Source: Synechococcus sp. A15-28
GTDB lineage: Bacteria > Cyanobacteriota > Cyanobacteriia > PCC-6307 > Cyanobiaceae
NCBI RefSeq assembly: GCF_014280175.1
Contig: NZ_CP047931.1
Location: forward strand, 120,001-152,000
Length of the DNA: 32,000 nucleotides
Direction of reading: 5' to 3'
The notes beneath the pieces were generated by a model that saw nothing but the letters and a program-made list of their open reading frames with translations, did not search any database and was not told where the DNA came from. Within the stretch, counting starts at the first letter, position 1; each line of letters begins with the position of its first letter. Shown here in pieces: positions 22,178 through 32,000 of this stretch. The position numbers were made by a program, and so were the translations under genes.

Positions 22178-22788
22178 GCGAGAGAGATCCGCAACGTCCT
22201 GATCTCGAGGCGGTCCGTCAGGCCATTGCCAGTGGGGATCCGGTCCAGGCGATGCCGGCGATCACCCAGCTCCGCCATTGCACGGACGCTGAGGCGGTGC
22301 CGTTACTGGTGCTGGGCACAGAGCAAAAACCGTTCTTGGTGCGTTCCTTGAGCTGCAGCGGACTGGGTTACAAGCGCACCGAACAGGGCTGGAACGTGTT
22401 GAGTGCGTTGATCACTGCCGATGAAGACCCTAATGTGCGCGCTGAGGCCGCCAATGCTCTGGCCAGCTACGGGGTGGAGCGGGCTTGGCCTTTGCTGCGG
22501 TCGGCATTTGAAGCCGATGCCGCCTGGTTGGTGCGCTGCAGCATCCTGTCCGCCCTTGCGGAACAGCCCGCCATCGATCTGGGTTGGTTGCTGGAGTTGG
22601 CGACCATGGCGATCACCGATGCGGACGGCACGGTGCGGGTGAGTGGTGCCGAAATCCTCAGTCGTATTGTGCAGGATGGAGGTCAGCAGCCGATTGGCGA
22701 GCAGGCGAGAACCCTCCTTCAGCCGCTACAGCAGGACGGCGACCACCGTGTGGTGGCTGCGGCACTGAACGGATTGCAGCGGGGTTGA
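22174..22788 (+). CDS. HEAT-repeat / PBS-lyase-like repeat protein
   Basis: ITADEDPNVRAEAANALASYGVERAWPLLRSAFEADAAWLVRCSILSALAEQ... HEAT-like repeats; ATG at 22174. Confidence 0.75.
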   Translation: MSERDPQRPDLEAVRQAIASGDPVQAMPAITQLRHCTDAEAVPLLVLGTEQKPFLVRSLSCSGLGYKRTEQGWNVLSALITADEDPNVRAEAANALASYGVERAWPLLRSAFEADAAWLVRCSILSALAEQPAIDLGWLLELATMAITDADGTVRVSGAEILSRIVQDGGQQPIGEQARTLLQPLQQDGDHRVVAAALNGLQRG

Positions 22789-22823
22789 AGGTCCCACCTG
22801 CGGGACTCTTGCTAGCTTTTGAA

Positions 22824-22916
22824 CACCACTAGGGGTGTCCGGGTCTTCTTACAAGGCTTGGACTGAGATCACACCCTCCGAACCTGAAACCGGGTCATGC
22901 CGGCGCAGGGAAGTGT
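22824..22916 (+). promoter_or_regulatory. TPP (THI-box) riboswitch upstream of thiC
   Basis: CACTAGGGGTGTCC...GGACTGAGATCACACCCTCCGAACCTGAAACCGGGTCATGCCGGCGCAGGGAAGTG matches the THI element consensus (CUGAGA / ACCC..GAACCUGA / GCGNAGGGA) and lies directly before thiC. Confidence 0.93.
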
Positions 22917-22941
22917 ATGAGCGTGATCTGTGGCTATCTAG

Positions 22942-24339
<1,398 letters not shown>

Positions 24340-24340
24340 G

Positions 24341-25171
24341 ATGAAGTCATTTATATATGGACATTGTGTGGGGCATGCCGGTTCTACTTACTTATCGAAA
24401 TTGGTAAAGTATCTTTATCCGGAACTTGCCGTTGTACACGGAAAAGAAGTTACCTTGCAAAAATATAATGAATCTTATATGTATAAACTCCCGGAAAATG
24501 CATCCAATATATTTTCCTCAGGTGGAAGTTTGTTTGGTATTCATTGGGATCGTGCCGCATTCAATCCATACTTAAGTTTTTTGAAAGAACAAAGCACCAA
24601 GGATTTTGTATTAGCCAGAAATCTTGAGGAACAAGTCTGCTCAATGTATGCGCACTCCCTAAATCGTTACTCAGTGGATGAAATGAATCCATCTAATACT
24701 TTTATTCAAATGCTTATTTCGAAAGTTTCGATTCTGGGTCAAATAATTAGTTTAGCTGGTAAGAAAAATATTTCATCAATAGTAATTGCACGAATAATAC
24801 CATTAGTATTTTATACCTGGCGCATCACCTATTTTTATCATTTATTCAATGAACTGGAGCACAAGAATGATGAATATATCTTTATGGAAGATCTTTACTC
24901 AAAACCATCTTCAACATATACTTTTTTGAAGAAAAATTTCGGTTATGTAAATGAGGAAAACTGGGAAAAAATGGAGTCTTTTTCAGCATCAAAAAACGAA
25001 CATCAGAATAATAGAAAAGATAAATTGACAAAATTAATTCGATCCGACGAGTTTCGTTATGCAGCAAATTATTTTAATCAATTAAATCCGTTAAAATTAA
25101 AGTTCAGTAAATCCATTCTTAGCCATAAACGCTCTTTCCAATTTTTGCTAGACATAGGATTTGAATTGTAA
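24341..25171 (+). CDS. Sulfotransferase-like protein
   Basis: N-terminal YGHCVGHAGSTYLSKLVKYLYPELAVVHG resembles a PAPS-binding P-loop-like sulfotransferase start; FVLARNLEEQVCSMYAHSLNRYS. Starts 1 nt after the thiC stop. Confidence 0.45.
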   Translation: MKSFIYGHCVGHAGSTYLSKLVKYLYPELAVVHGKEVTLQKYNESYMYKLPENASNIFSSGGSLFGIHWDRAAFNPYLSFLKEQSTKDFVLARNLEEQVCSMYAHSLNRYSVDEMNPSNTFIQMLISKVSILGQIISLAGKKNISSIVIARIIPLVFYTWRITYFYHLFNELEHKNDEYIFMEDLYSKPSSTYTFLKKNFGYVNEENWEKMESFSASKNEHQNNRKDKLTKLIRSDEFRYAANYFNQLNPLKLKFSKSILSHKRSFQFLLDIGFEL

Positions 25172-25528
25172 ATTAATTAATAATTGAATGATAGTCTGCT
25201 GCATTAATGGTTGACGCATAATTTGCATGAATATATGGAATATTAAGCATTCCGTAACAGATCTGTAGGTAAATCTGTTGTCACTAATCATAGAATAACA
25301 GTAGAATCAATTCTTCAGATAATATATTTATCACCCTGGTAAATACCCTACTTGTTTTGTCAATATGTGGATATCCACCAAATATATCGCTAAGAAGTGT
25401 TCGGTCGCTTCTATTTGTTGAATCTGATAGTCATCAGAAGTTTTATCTATATTTAGCAAAATTATTTTCGTATTTATGAAATTGTGATTTTGCATTGTGC
25501 CTAAATACCTTGACCTTCCAAATATTGT

Positions 25529-25897
25529 TCAATGATTATTTAAATAGTCTTTCAGTTCTTCTTTAATGCATAAATCAATTTCAGAGAGTGAGTTTGAGAT
25601 GATTTCATCAAACGATAATGGTAAAAAAATTTCATTTGCAACCTCAAATCTACCATAAAAGCTTAAGTCACTCCCTCTTTTAAAATGACATAATCTATTC
25701 GCAATAAGCTGTGGACTGATGATGATTCCAAGATTGCCTACCTGTGATTGTAAATAAGAGTGAGGTACCGAGGAGTTATTTGTGATTATAAACGTAGCAC
25801 TAAAATAGGAATTTAAATATTGAAGAAGAGGGAAGTTGATGTGATCTCCATCAGTAAGAGTACCGTCCCAATCTATTGCAATAATCTTCTTTTTCAT
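25529..25897 (-). CDS. HAD-like hydrolase N-terminal fragment (possibly decayed)
   Basis: KKKIIAIDWDGTLTDGDHINFPLL...FIITNNSSVP: HAD motif I (DxDGT) and motif II-like TNNS. Short for the family; later motifs seen only in another frame further down the minus strand. Confidence 0.5.
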   Translation of the reverse strand: MKKKIIAIDWDGTLTDGDHINFPLLQYLNSYFSATFIITNNSSVPHSYLQSQVGNLGIIISPQLIANRLCHFKRGSDLSFYGRFEVANEIFLPLSFDEIISNSLSEIDLCIKEELKDYLNNH

Positions 25898-25926
25898 GTA
25901 TAATTGGTTTGAAGTCACTTTCTAGC

Positions 25927-26661
25927 ATGTTAAAAAAAAGTGTACTAATTGTTGGTTCAAGTTCTGGATTGGGGAGAGCACTATTTGATTTATATTCATC
26001 TAATGGGGATAATGTTACCGGTTTAAGCCGATATAGAAATTGCTCAGTCCTAGATGAGCATCAATTAAAAGGTGATATTCATAAGTATGATTTATTGCAA
26101 AGTAATACACAAAAAGATTTTAATCATATTGTTATGAATATGTCATTTTTCACCCATTGCATCTTTTGTGTTGGAGGAGGCTATGGAATAAAATCAATGA
26201 TGCCCTCTTTTGATGATTTGCTTTTACTATTAAAACTTAATCTCTTGGTTCCGGCCGCTCTTGTGAGATCATTATTTGATATGAAGAAAATTAATAATAT
26301 CACTAAAATATGTTTTATATCTAGTATAGCCGCAGAAGAAGTGACTGCATCTGTTGGATACACAACAGCAAAATTAGCTCTCAATGGTTATTCTAAACTT
26401 CTAAGTAAGTATGACAATAAGGTAGGGCCTGTGATGACTGTGAAACTGGGGGCTGTAGAGGGTTACGGAGCAGCATTTGATAGATTAAAGGTAAATAATA
26501 AACCAGCCTACGAGGCATTTATACATGAACGGCTTAATGGAAGTTTTCCAATGCATGCGACCAATGTTGCTGAAGCAATTGTTTCTTTGCTAGATTTACC
26601 CTACAATTTAGTAAATGGTCTCACCATCAAATTGGACAATAGCGAGTCGTCAAAGGTTTAA
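25927..26661 (+). CDS. Short-chain dehydrogenase/reductase
   Basis: VLIVGSSSGLGRALFDLY (Rossmann GxxxGxG), CFISSIAAEEVTASVGYTTAKLALNGYSK (S...YxxxK catalytic motif). Confidence 0.85.
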   Translation: MLKKSVLIVGSSSGLGRALFDLYSSNGDNVTGLSRYRNCSVLDEHQLKGDIHKYDLLQSNTQKDFNHIVMNMSFFTHCIFCVGGGYGIKSMMPSFDDLLLLLKLNLLVPAALVRSLFDMKKINNITKICFISSIAAEEVTASVGYTTAKLALNGYSKLLSKYDNKVGPVMTVKLGAVEGYGAAFDRLKVNNKPAYEAFIHERLNGSFPMHATNVAEAIVSLLDLPYNLVNGLTIKLDNSESSKV

Positions 26662-26665
26662 TCTT

Positions 26666-27430
26666 ATGAGTCTCTACACTAGTGGCATACAAAAATATAG
26701 CTTGCCAAATGATAGTTTGACGAACCAACTAATTGATTCTATCATCAAGGCAACTTCTGAATATACCGATAAAAGCTTCATTTCAGGTTTAGATCATATT
26801 CATGATTTTGTGGATGATAATGAATTAAATGAATACAGATTAAGTATTATCCAAAAGCTAAATTATAATCAGTTTGCAAGTAAACTAATTTTTTCTCATT
26901 GCAAAGAGATTCTTACTAGTATTTTAGGCCCCGATATTGCTATACAAAAAAATGTGGGATTATCAATTCAGATGCCAAACGACTCGAGTTCCCTTCTGCC
27001 TATACATAGTGATGTTTTTAGTAGTGACTGCTCACCTTATGAGCTCGTGATTTGGATTCCCTTAGTCAAGTGTTATAAGACAAAATCTATGTTCTACTTG
27101 CCCTTTGACCATTGTTCTAGTCTTCATGAATACCTACATTTACTAAGCTCAAATAACATTTCGAGTATCGACGAATTTCAATCAAAGTTCCAAAATAACT
27201 ATAAATTTTTAGAAATCACCCCCCCATCTTTTGCTCTTTTTTATCATTCTATATGGCATGGGAATGTGATTAATTGCGAGCCTGAAACGAGGTGGTCTAT
27301 AAATCTGAGAGTAAAAGGATTATTTACGCCATATAAAGGAAAGCAGATAGGAGATTATTTTACAATTGCCCAAATTTCAGATGCAACAAAACTTTCTTCA
27401 TTGATCGATGAGATATATTATGACTCATAA
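26666..27430 (+). CDS. 2-oxoglutarate/Fe(II)-dependent (phytanoyl-CoA-like) oxygenase; resembles 'sporadic carbohydrate cluster 2OG-Fe(II) oxygenase'
   Basis: PIHSDVFSSDCSPYELVIWIPLVKCYKTKSMFYLP (HxD), FYHSIWHGNVINCEPETRWSINLRVKGLFTPYKGKQIGDYF (distal His and Arg). In-frame ATG at 26666. Confidence 0.7.
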   Translation: MSLYTSGIQKYSLPNDSLTNQLIDSIIKATSEYTDKSFISGLDHIHDFVDDNELNEYRLSIIQKLNYNQFASKLIFSHCKEILTSILGPDIAIQKNVGLSIQMPNDSSSLLPIHSDVFSSDCSPYELVIWIPLVKCYKTKSMFYLPFDHCSSLHEYLHLLSSNNISSIDEFQSKFQNNYKFLEITPPSFALFYHSIWHGNVINCEPETRWSINLRVKGLFTPYKGKQIGDYFTIAQISDATKLSSLIDEIYYDS

Positions 27431-27866
27431 AAGAGCATTTGGCTATATTTCCAGTACTCCATTTTGGCGAGGACAGTATATTCCGCAAAAAATTCAAAAC
27501 CTCATCGTGCGCGATTATTGTATTCAAAGGGATATTAATTTCGTATGGTCTCTTCCTGAAATTTCATTAATTGACTCCTCTTTGTCTTTTAATGAACTTT
27601 TACGTTTAAGGAATGAAAATGATGTAACTGACATTGTATTTATCTCGTCTCAGATGCATAAACCCAATCTTCTCAGATCTATTATAAACACCTGTTTTGC
27701 TGAAAATGTAAATATTCATTTTGCTATTGAAAATGAAGAATACAATTTATGCTCAACTGTATATCCAGAAGTGGCCATCAACAAACTAATCTATGAATCT
27801 ATGATGGCTTCACATCGCCGTGAGGTCCCTGCTTCACTGCTAGCTCAGTATGCTAAAATTAAATGA
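27420..27866 (+). CDS. LIC12192-like 'sporadic carbohydrate cluster' protein of unknown function
   Basis: GYISSTPFWRGQYIPQKIQNLIVRDYCIQRDINFVWSLPEISL matches my recollection of the family pattern (R/GYI.SRPF.G...PQ..QNLVIRDYC...). Start could be 27408 or 27420. Confidence 0.65.
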   Translation: MTHKRAFGYISSTPFWRGQYIPQKIQNLIVRDYCIQRDINFVWSLPEISLIDSSLSFNELLRLRNENDVTDIVFISSQMHKPNLLRSIINTCFAENVNIHFAIENEEYNLCSTVYPEVAINKLIYESMMASHRREVPASLLAQYAKIK

Positions 27867-27881
27867 TATACAATTAAAAGC

Positions 27882-28400
27882 ATGAGATCATTGATTTGTG
27901 TTGCATCAAATTTCCAAGATGAAGAAGTTATTTATCCATTCTATAAATTACAAGAATTCTCTGAGGTGACGATTGCTTCTTGTGACGGTAAAACAGTTTA
28001 TGGTAAGTATGGAGTCCCTGCGAGGGCGTCGAAGCGCTTCTCCGAAATTGACACTAATGAATATGATATATTGATTATTCCAGGCGGATTTGAGTGTCCA
28101 GATCGTCTAAGAATTGACGATGAATGTATTCGAATTGTTCAAGAGATGATTGATAAAAATAAGGTTGTAGGTGCGATATGTCATGGTCCTTGGGTTCTCA
28201 TTTCTGCAAATCGCACAAAAGGTCGTGATATGACTGGATATAAAGCAGTCCATATTGATCTTTCCAACTCAGGTGCAAATGTTTTGGATAGTAGTGATGT
28301 TGTAGTTGACGGGAATTTAGTAACTGCTCCACACTACAAGAACAATCCACAATTTATGCTTGCTGTTCAATCCTTGGCCACCAATAAAAGCCATGTCTGA
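27882..28400 (+). CDS. DJ-1/PfpI family (class I glutamine amidotransferase-like) protein
   Basis: SLICVASNFQDEEVIYPFYKL, ILIIPGGFECPDRLR, VVGAICHGPWVLISANRTKGRDMTGY: nucleophile-elbow AICHG. Confidence 0.9.
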   Translation: MRSLICVASNFQDEEVIYPFYKLQEFSEVTIASCDGKTVYGKYGVPARASKRFSEIDTNEYDILIIPGGFECPDRLRIDDECIRIVQEMIDKNKVVGAICHGPWVLISANRTKGRDMTGYKAVHIDLSNSGANVLDSSDVVVDGNLVTAPHYKNNPQFMLAVQSLATNKSHV

Positions 28401-30162
28401 GAAAAAAATATTTACCGCATCAAATTTAATTGTACAGTTTTTAGAGAATATAGATGTTTCAACGGTGTTTTGCGTTTCTGGCGGCTCAATCCATAATATT
28501 ATTGCTGCAATCGATTCGTCAGATAAAATTAAACTTGTACCTTGTTATCATGAGCAAGGTGCAGTCTTTGCAGCCGAAGCATACGCACGTGAAACAAATA
28601 ATCTTGGCGTTGTTCTAGTTACGTCGGGTCCAGGTCTGACTAATATTGTCACAGGAATTTCGTCATGTTGGGTAGACTCTATTCCCCTACTTGTTATAGC
28701 TGGTCAGGTTCTTTCGTCTCAGAGAATTAGTGAGCTGGATATTCCGATTCGTCAAAGAGGTGTTCAGGAATCACCCACACACGAATTGGTTCGGCCAAAT
28801 GCTAAATCGAGTTATTCAATATCAAAATCTTGTGATCTATTATATTATTTACAGATTGCCTCTCGAGATGCCCAAACCGACAGGAAAGGGCCTGTGATTC
28901 TTGAAATGCCTGTTGATACTACATATATGTCACTACCTTTGGAAAGAAAAAATTATTCTTGTTTTTTGCCCAACAACCTCCAATCTAATATTGCAAAGAC
29001 ATTACCAGCCCAAAAAAACGAATTACTCATTGACCGACTGATTGGTTGTCTTTCTCAATCCTGCTTGCCTTTGGTTCTTTTAGGAAACGGAATCAGATCA
29101 CTGTCGCAACAATCAGTTAATGTTTTGATTGACTTTTGCGTAAAAAATTCTATTTTCTATTCTTACACTTGGGCTGTAAAAGATATTATCGAGCCGATTT
29201 CTCATACTGCTTTATGCGTTGGCTCACCAGGAATTTTTGGGTCTCGTTCGGCTAATGCATGTTTGCGCCTTAGTGATTTTGTATTAGTTCTAGGTTCATC
29301 GTTTTCTTATACACATAGTGGTTATCGCTTGAGTAAGCTTAATATGGATAAATTTCATATAGTTGATATTGATTCATCGCAACTTGCTAAGCCTGAATTA
29401 AATCAATCTAGTAAGATTGTAGCAGACCTTAGGGTTTTCTTGCCTCATTTGTTCGATAGAATCCCATACGATTTCAAGCCTTTTCATAATGATAGTTTAG
29501 AGTTTTCTTCACGTCTTAAAAAATTCGAAGAGCATGATCTTATTTATAATGATAATAGCAGCATTTATTTGATAGCTCAGTCCTTGAATGAATATCTCTT
29601 TTCATCCAAAGACAACATCACTATTGTAACCGATATGGGTACATCTTTTACTGCTTTTCATGGCTTTCTCCGCTTGCACGGTGGGCGCATGTTTACTGCT
29701 TCTGGTCATGCACCTATGGGTTGGGGGCTTCCTGGGGCAATAGGAGCCGCCATGGCAGCTCCGAACAAAAAAATCATATGTCTTACTGGGGATGGTGGCC
29801 TATTAATGAATGTCCAGGAGCTTATGCAGCTTTCTTATTATCAGTTGAATATATCGATTATTTTATTGAATAATGGTGGCTATTCAACGATTATGAAAAC
29901 CACATCACGCTACCATGGTAAGAATCTTGCCTCTGATTCCAATTCAGGTGTTTGCATGCCTTGTTTTAAGGATTTAGCCAAAGCCTATAATATCCCTTTC
30001 TCTTCAACAAATCATTACTCTAGTATTCATACTCAAATTCTTCCTAATAGCCCTCAATTCATTGAAGTTATTGTGTCACCTGATGAGTATATTGGTCCCA
30101 GGCTTATGCCCTCCGATAGCATTGATGATGAACACCTTAATATGTATCCCTATCTTAATTAA
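28393..30162 (+). CDS. Thiamine pyrophosphate-dependent enzyme (acetolactate synthase/decarboxylase-like)
   Basis: VFCVSGGSIHNI, PCYHEQGAVFAAEAYARETNNLGVVLVTSGPGLTNIVTGISSCWVDSIPLLVIAGQV, TPP motif GDGGLLMNVQELMQLSYYQLNISIILLNNGGY. Start ATG 28393. Confidence 0.9.
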   Translation: MSEKKIFTASNLIVQFLENIDVSTVFCVSGGSIHNIIAAIDSSDKIKLVPCYHEQGAVFAAEAYARETNNLGVVLVTSGPGLTNIVTGISSCWVDSIPLLVIAGQVLSSQRISELDIPIRQRGVQESPTHELVRPNAKSSYSISKSCDLLYYLQIASRDAQTDRKGPVILEMPVDTTYMSLPLERKNYSCFLPNNLQSNIAKTLPAQKNELLIDRLIGCLSQSCLPLVLLGNGIRSLSQQSVNVLIDFCVKNSIFYSYTWAVKDIIEPISHTALCVGSPGIFGSRSANACLRLSDFVLVLGSSFSYTHSGYRLSKLNMDKFHIVDIDSSQLAKPELNQSSKIVADLRVFLPHLFDRIPYDFKPFHNDSLEFSSRLKKFEEHDLIYNDNSSIYLIAQSLNEYLFSSKDNITIVTDMGTSFTAFHGFLRLHGGRMFTASGHAPMGWGLPGAIGAAMAAPNKKIICLTGDGGLLMNVQELMQLSYYQLNISIILLNNGGYSTIMKTTSRYHGKNLASDSNSGVCMPCFKDLAKAYNIPFSSTNHYSSIHTQILPNSPQFIEVIVSPDEYIGPRLMPSDSIDDEHLNMYPYLN

Positions 30163-30178
30163 ATTTTTTTAGATACCA

Positions 30179-31306
30179 ATGAAGCTGATTTTTCATCAAT
30201 GCGAAAAACCGTTAGTTCAGTCAATGAAGATATCTCGCGGTGGGTTTCAATCGCGAATTCACAACATATTTGAGTTAAGATTAAATAATCGATCTTTTTA
30301 CTCAGAAGTTATAGGTGATTCCTCTCTCATAAAATACCTAGTCTCGAAGCTTTCTGCATACATTAAGGCTTATAATCCTCTCGACGTCAGTGCTCTGTTT
30401 GAATGTATTGCTAGCTGGCCAAATACTTTTGTTTATTTAGAGTCTGCCAGCAGCATTCACTCCATAATATGCGCATTTGATTGGCTTTACTGTGTTTATT
30501 CTTCATATTCGCAGAATATATCCTTATATGAGTATTTAGGTCTTCCCATAGCTACCTCAAACCAATGCCCTATATATGCCTCTAACTTTTATATGTATGA
30601 TGATATGAGTGACTTTGAATCTCAATTCTCTGGGTTTGATTTTTCAAAAACGAATAATATAAAAGTTCATTTAGGAGCAAATGCAATCGAAGACGAGTCT
30701 GATTTCTATCTAGTGCTTGAGAGATATATGCATCGCGCTGATTCTATAATGATTGATTACAATTGTGGATATAACCTATCAGCGCTTGTTGACATTCAAA
30801 ATGTATTGCTTCGATATCCTAATTTGTCTAATAAGTTATTATGGGTAGAAGAACCTACTCACCCCAATTTCTCTAAATATTGGAAAGACCTGTTATTTTT
30901 TGAATGTGCGGCAGGCGAGAATCATCATGGTGTTGAAAGTCTTTTTCAGTTGACTAATTGTAATGTAAAATACATCATGCCTGATCTTGGAAGAACTTTA
31001 AAAGTATCTGAGCTTCCATCTCTAATAAAGAGACTTGAAAAGTCAGATTCATCTATTTCCTTTCATAGTTTTTCAAGTGGTTTCTTGTCTTACATTACAT
31101 TATATCTAACATTGTCTCTTGATACGAAGCATCAAATGTTTGAATATGACTTTTCTGATAACGCTTTGCTCGATGAGATTCTTCTTGATTCCTTCCAAAT
31201 TAAAGACGGCTATGTAACACTTAATAGCTCAGTCTTATTTGATTTGAATTTACCTTCTACACTAGATGGTTGGTATACTACTAGTATCGAACTTTTTGAA
31301 GCATGA
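30179..31306 (+). CDS. Divergent enolase-superfamily (mandelate racemase/muconate-lactonizing-like) protein
   Basis: Ordered barrel motifs: NNIKVHLGAN, SIMIDYNCGYN, LLWVEEPTHP, CAAGENHHG, YIMPDLGRT, SFHSFSSG. Confidence 0.65.
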   Translation: MKLIFHQCEKPLVQSMKISRGGFQSRIHNIFELRLNNRSFYSEVIGDSSLIKYLVSKLSAYIKAYNPLDVSALFECIASWPNTFVYLESASSIHSIICAFDWLYCVYSSYSQNISLYEYLGLPIATSNQCPIYASNFYMYDDMSDFESQFSGFDFSKTNNIKVHLGANAIEDESDFYLVLERYMHRADSIMIDYNCGYNLSALVDIQNVLLRYPNLSNKLLWVEEPTHPNFSKYWKDLLFFECAAGENHHGVESLFQLTNCNVKYIMPDLGRTLKVSELPSLIKRLEKSDSSISFHSFSSGFLSYITLYLTLSLDTKHQMFEYDFSDNALLDEILLDSFQIKDGYVTLNSSVLFDLNLPSTLDGWYTTSIELFEA

Positions 31307-32000
31307 AACCAATTGATCTTAACTCATTGAAGAACTATCTAGACTTAGGGTATTTTTCTTCTTCACCTGGTACTAGACGCAGTATCAAAAGAAATATAGC
31401 CAACAAAATGCGAGCATGGGAGCTTTCGTATGATTACTATGATGGAGATAGAGATGACGGGTATGGTGGTTTTACCTTTGATGATAGATGGAATGCTTAT
31501 CTGCATAAACTGTTTATATCTACCAATCTAATCTCATCAGCTAACCCGAATCTTTCTGTATTAGATGTTGGCTGCAAAAAGGGATTTTTATTGCAATCTT
31601 TAAGGAAATTGTACCCTAATGTCTATTCCGTTGGAGTTGAAAATCATAGATATCCATTAAGTGTTGCTGACTCTTCGATAAAGTCGAGGCTGCTTTTGTC
31701 TGAATATTATAATCTTCCATTTGAGGATCATTGCTTTGATCTCGTTATTGCATTCTCCTCCATCTACATGTATAATTTAAAAGGTGTGATTAATTCAATA
31801 CGTGAGATTCAGCGCGTCTCCTCTAATACCTCTTATATCTCTTTGGCTGCTTATAATCATGACTGGGAAAAAGATATCTTCATGAATTGGACACTTCTAG
31901 GAACAACTTGCCTCCATATTTCTGAGTGGCTTGATATATTTAACGATTTAAATTACACCGGTTATTACGTCTTTACTACTCCTACACTTTTGGGTTTTTC
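31303..32000 (+). CDS. SAM-dependent methyltransferase, class I (3' truncated by window)
   Basis: Not in the ORF track because it runs off the window. Translated by eye: MKPIDLNSLKNYLDLGYFSSSPGTRRSIKRNIANKMRAWELSYDYYDGDRDDGYGGFTFDDRW...LSVLDVGCKKGFLLQSLRKLYPNVYSVGVEN...YNLPFEDHCFDLVIAFSSIYMY; motif I VLDVGCKKG. ATGA overlap with the upstream stop. Confidence 0.8.
   Translation, partial: MKPIDLNSLKNYLDLGYFSSSPGTRRSIKRNIANKMRAWELSYDYYDGDRDDGYGGFTFDDRWNAYLHKLFISTNLISSANPNLSVLDVGCKKGFLLQSLRKLYPNVYSVGVENHRYPLSVADSSIKSRLLLSEYYNLPFEDHCFDLVIAFSSIYMYNLKGVINSIREIQRVSSNTSYISLAAYNHDWEKDIFMNWTLLGTTCLHISEWLDIFNDLNYTGYYVFTTPTLLGF

Noticed and set aside
22824-22916. Possible novel structured RNA before thiC
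   Set aside because: Matches the well-known THI/TPP riboswitch consensus closely, so it is not novel.

Overview
This window looks like the chromosome of a marine picocyanobacterium (Synechococcus-like; inferred from gene content and protein sequence, not tested). The GC-rich backbone runs: pfkB-family kinase end, tsaE, ahcY, DedA, ssb, mreBCD, a solute-binding lipoprotein, an OmpR-type response regulator, lysS, small hypotheticals, egtD/egtB (ergothioneine), a truncated kinase-like ORF, smpB, ruvB, a TPR protein, an M20 amidohydrolase, a HEAT-repeat protein, and a TPP riboswitch with thiC. Two clearly AT-rich accessory segments interrupt it. Island 1 (~13.08-18.41 kb) lies between a decayed duplicate of the 3' part of smpB and the intact smpB. 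It carries three tandem paralogous glycosyltransferase-like genes and one further GT. Island 2 (~24.29 kb to the window end) starts at the 3' end of thiC. It holds a sulfotransferase-like gene, a HAD-like fragment, and a tightly packed operon: SDR, 2OG-Fe(II) oxygenase, LIC12192-like 'sporadic carbohydrate cluster' protein, DJ-1/PfpI, TPP-dependent enzyme, enolase-superfamily protein, SAM methyltransferase (truncated by the window). This operon is the best candidate here for an uncharacterised biosynthetic system, probably making or modifying an unusual surface carbohydrate. I found no CRISPR array, tRNA, rRNA, transposase or integrase.
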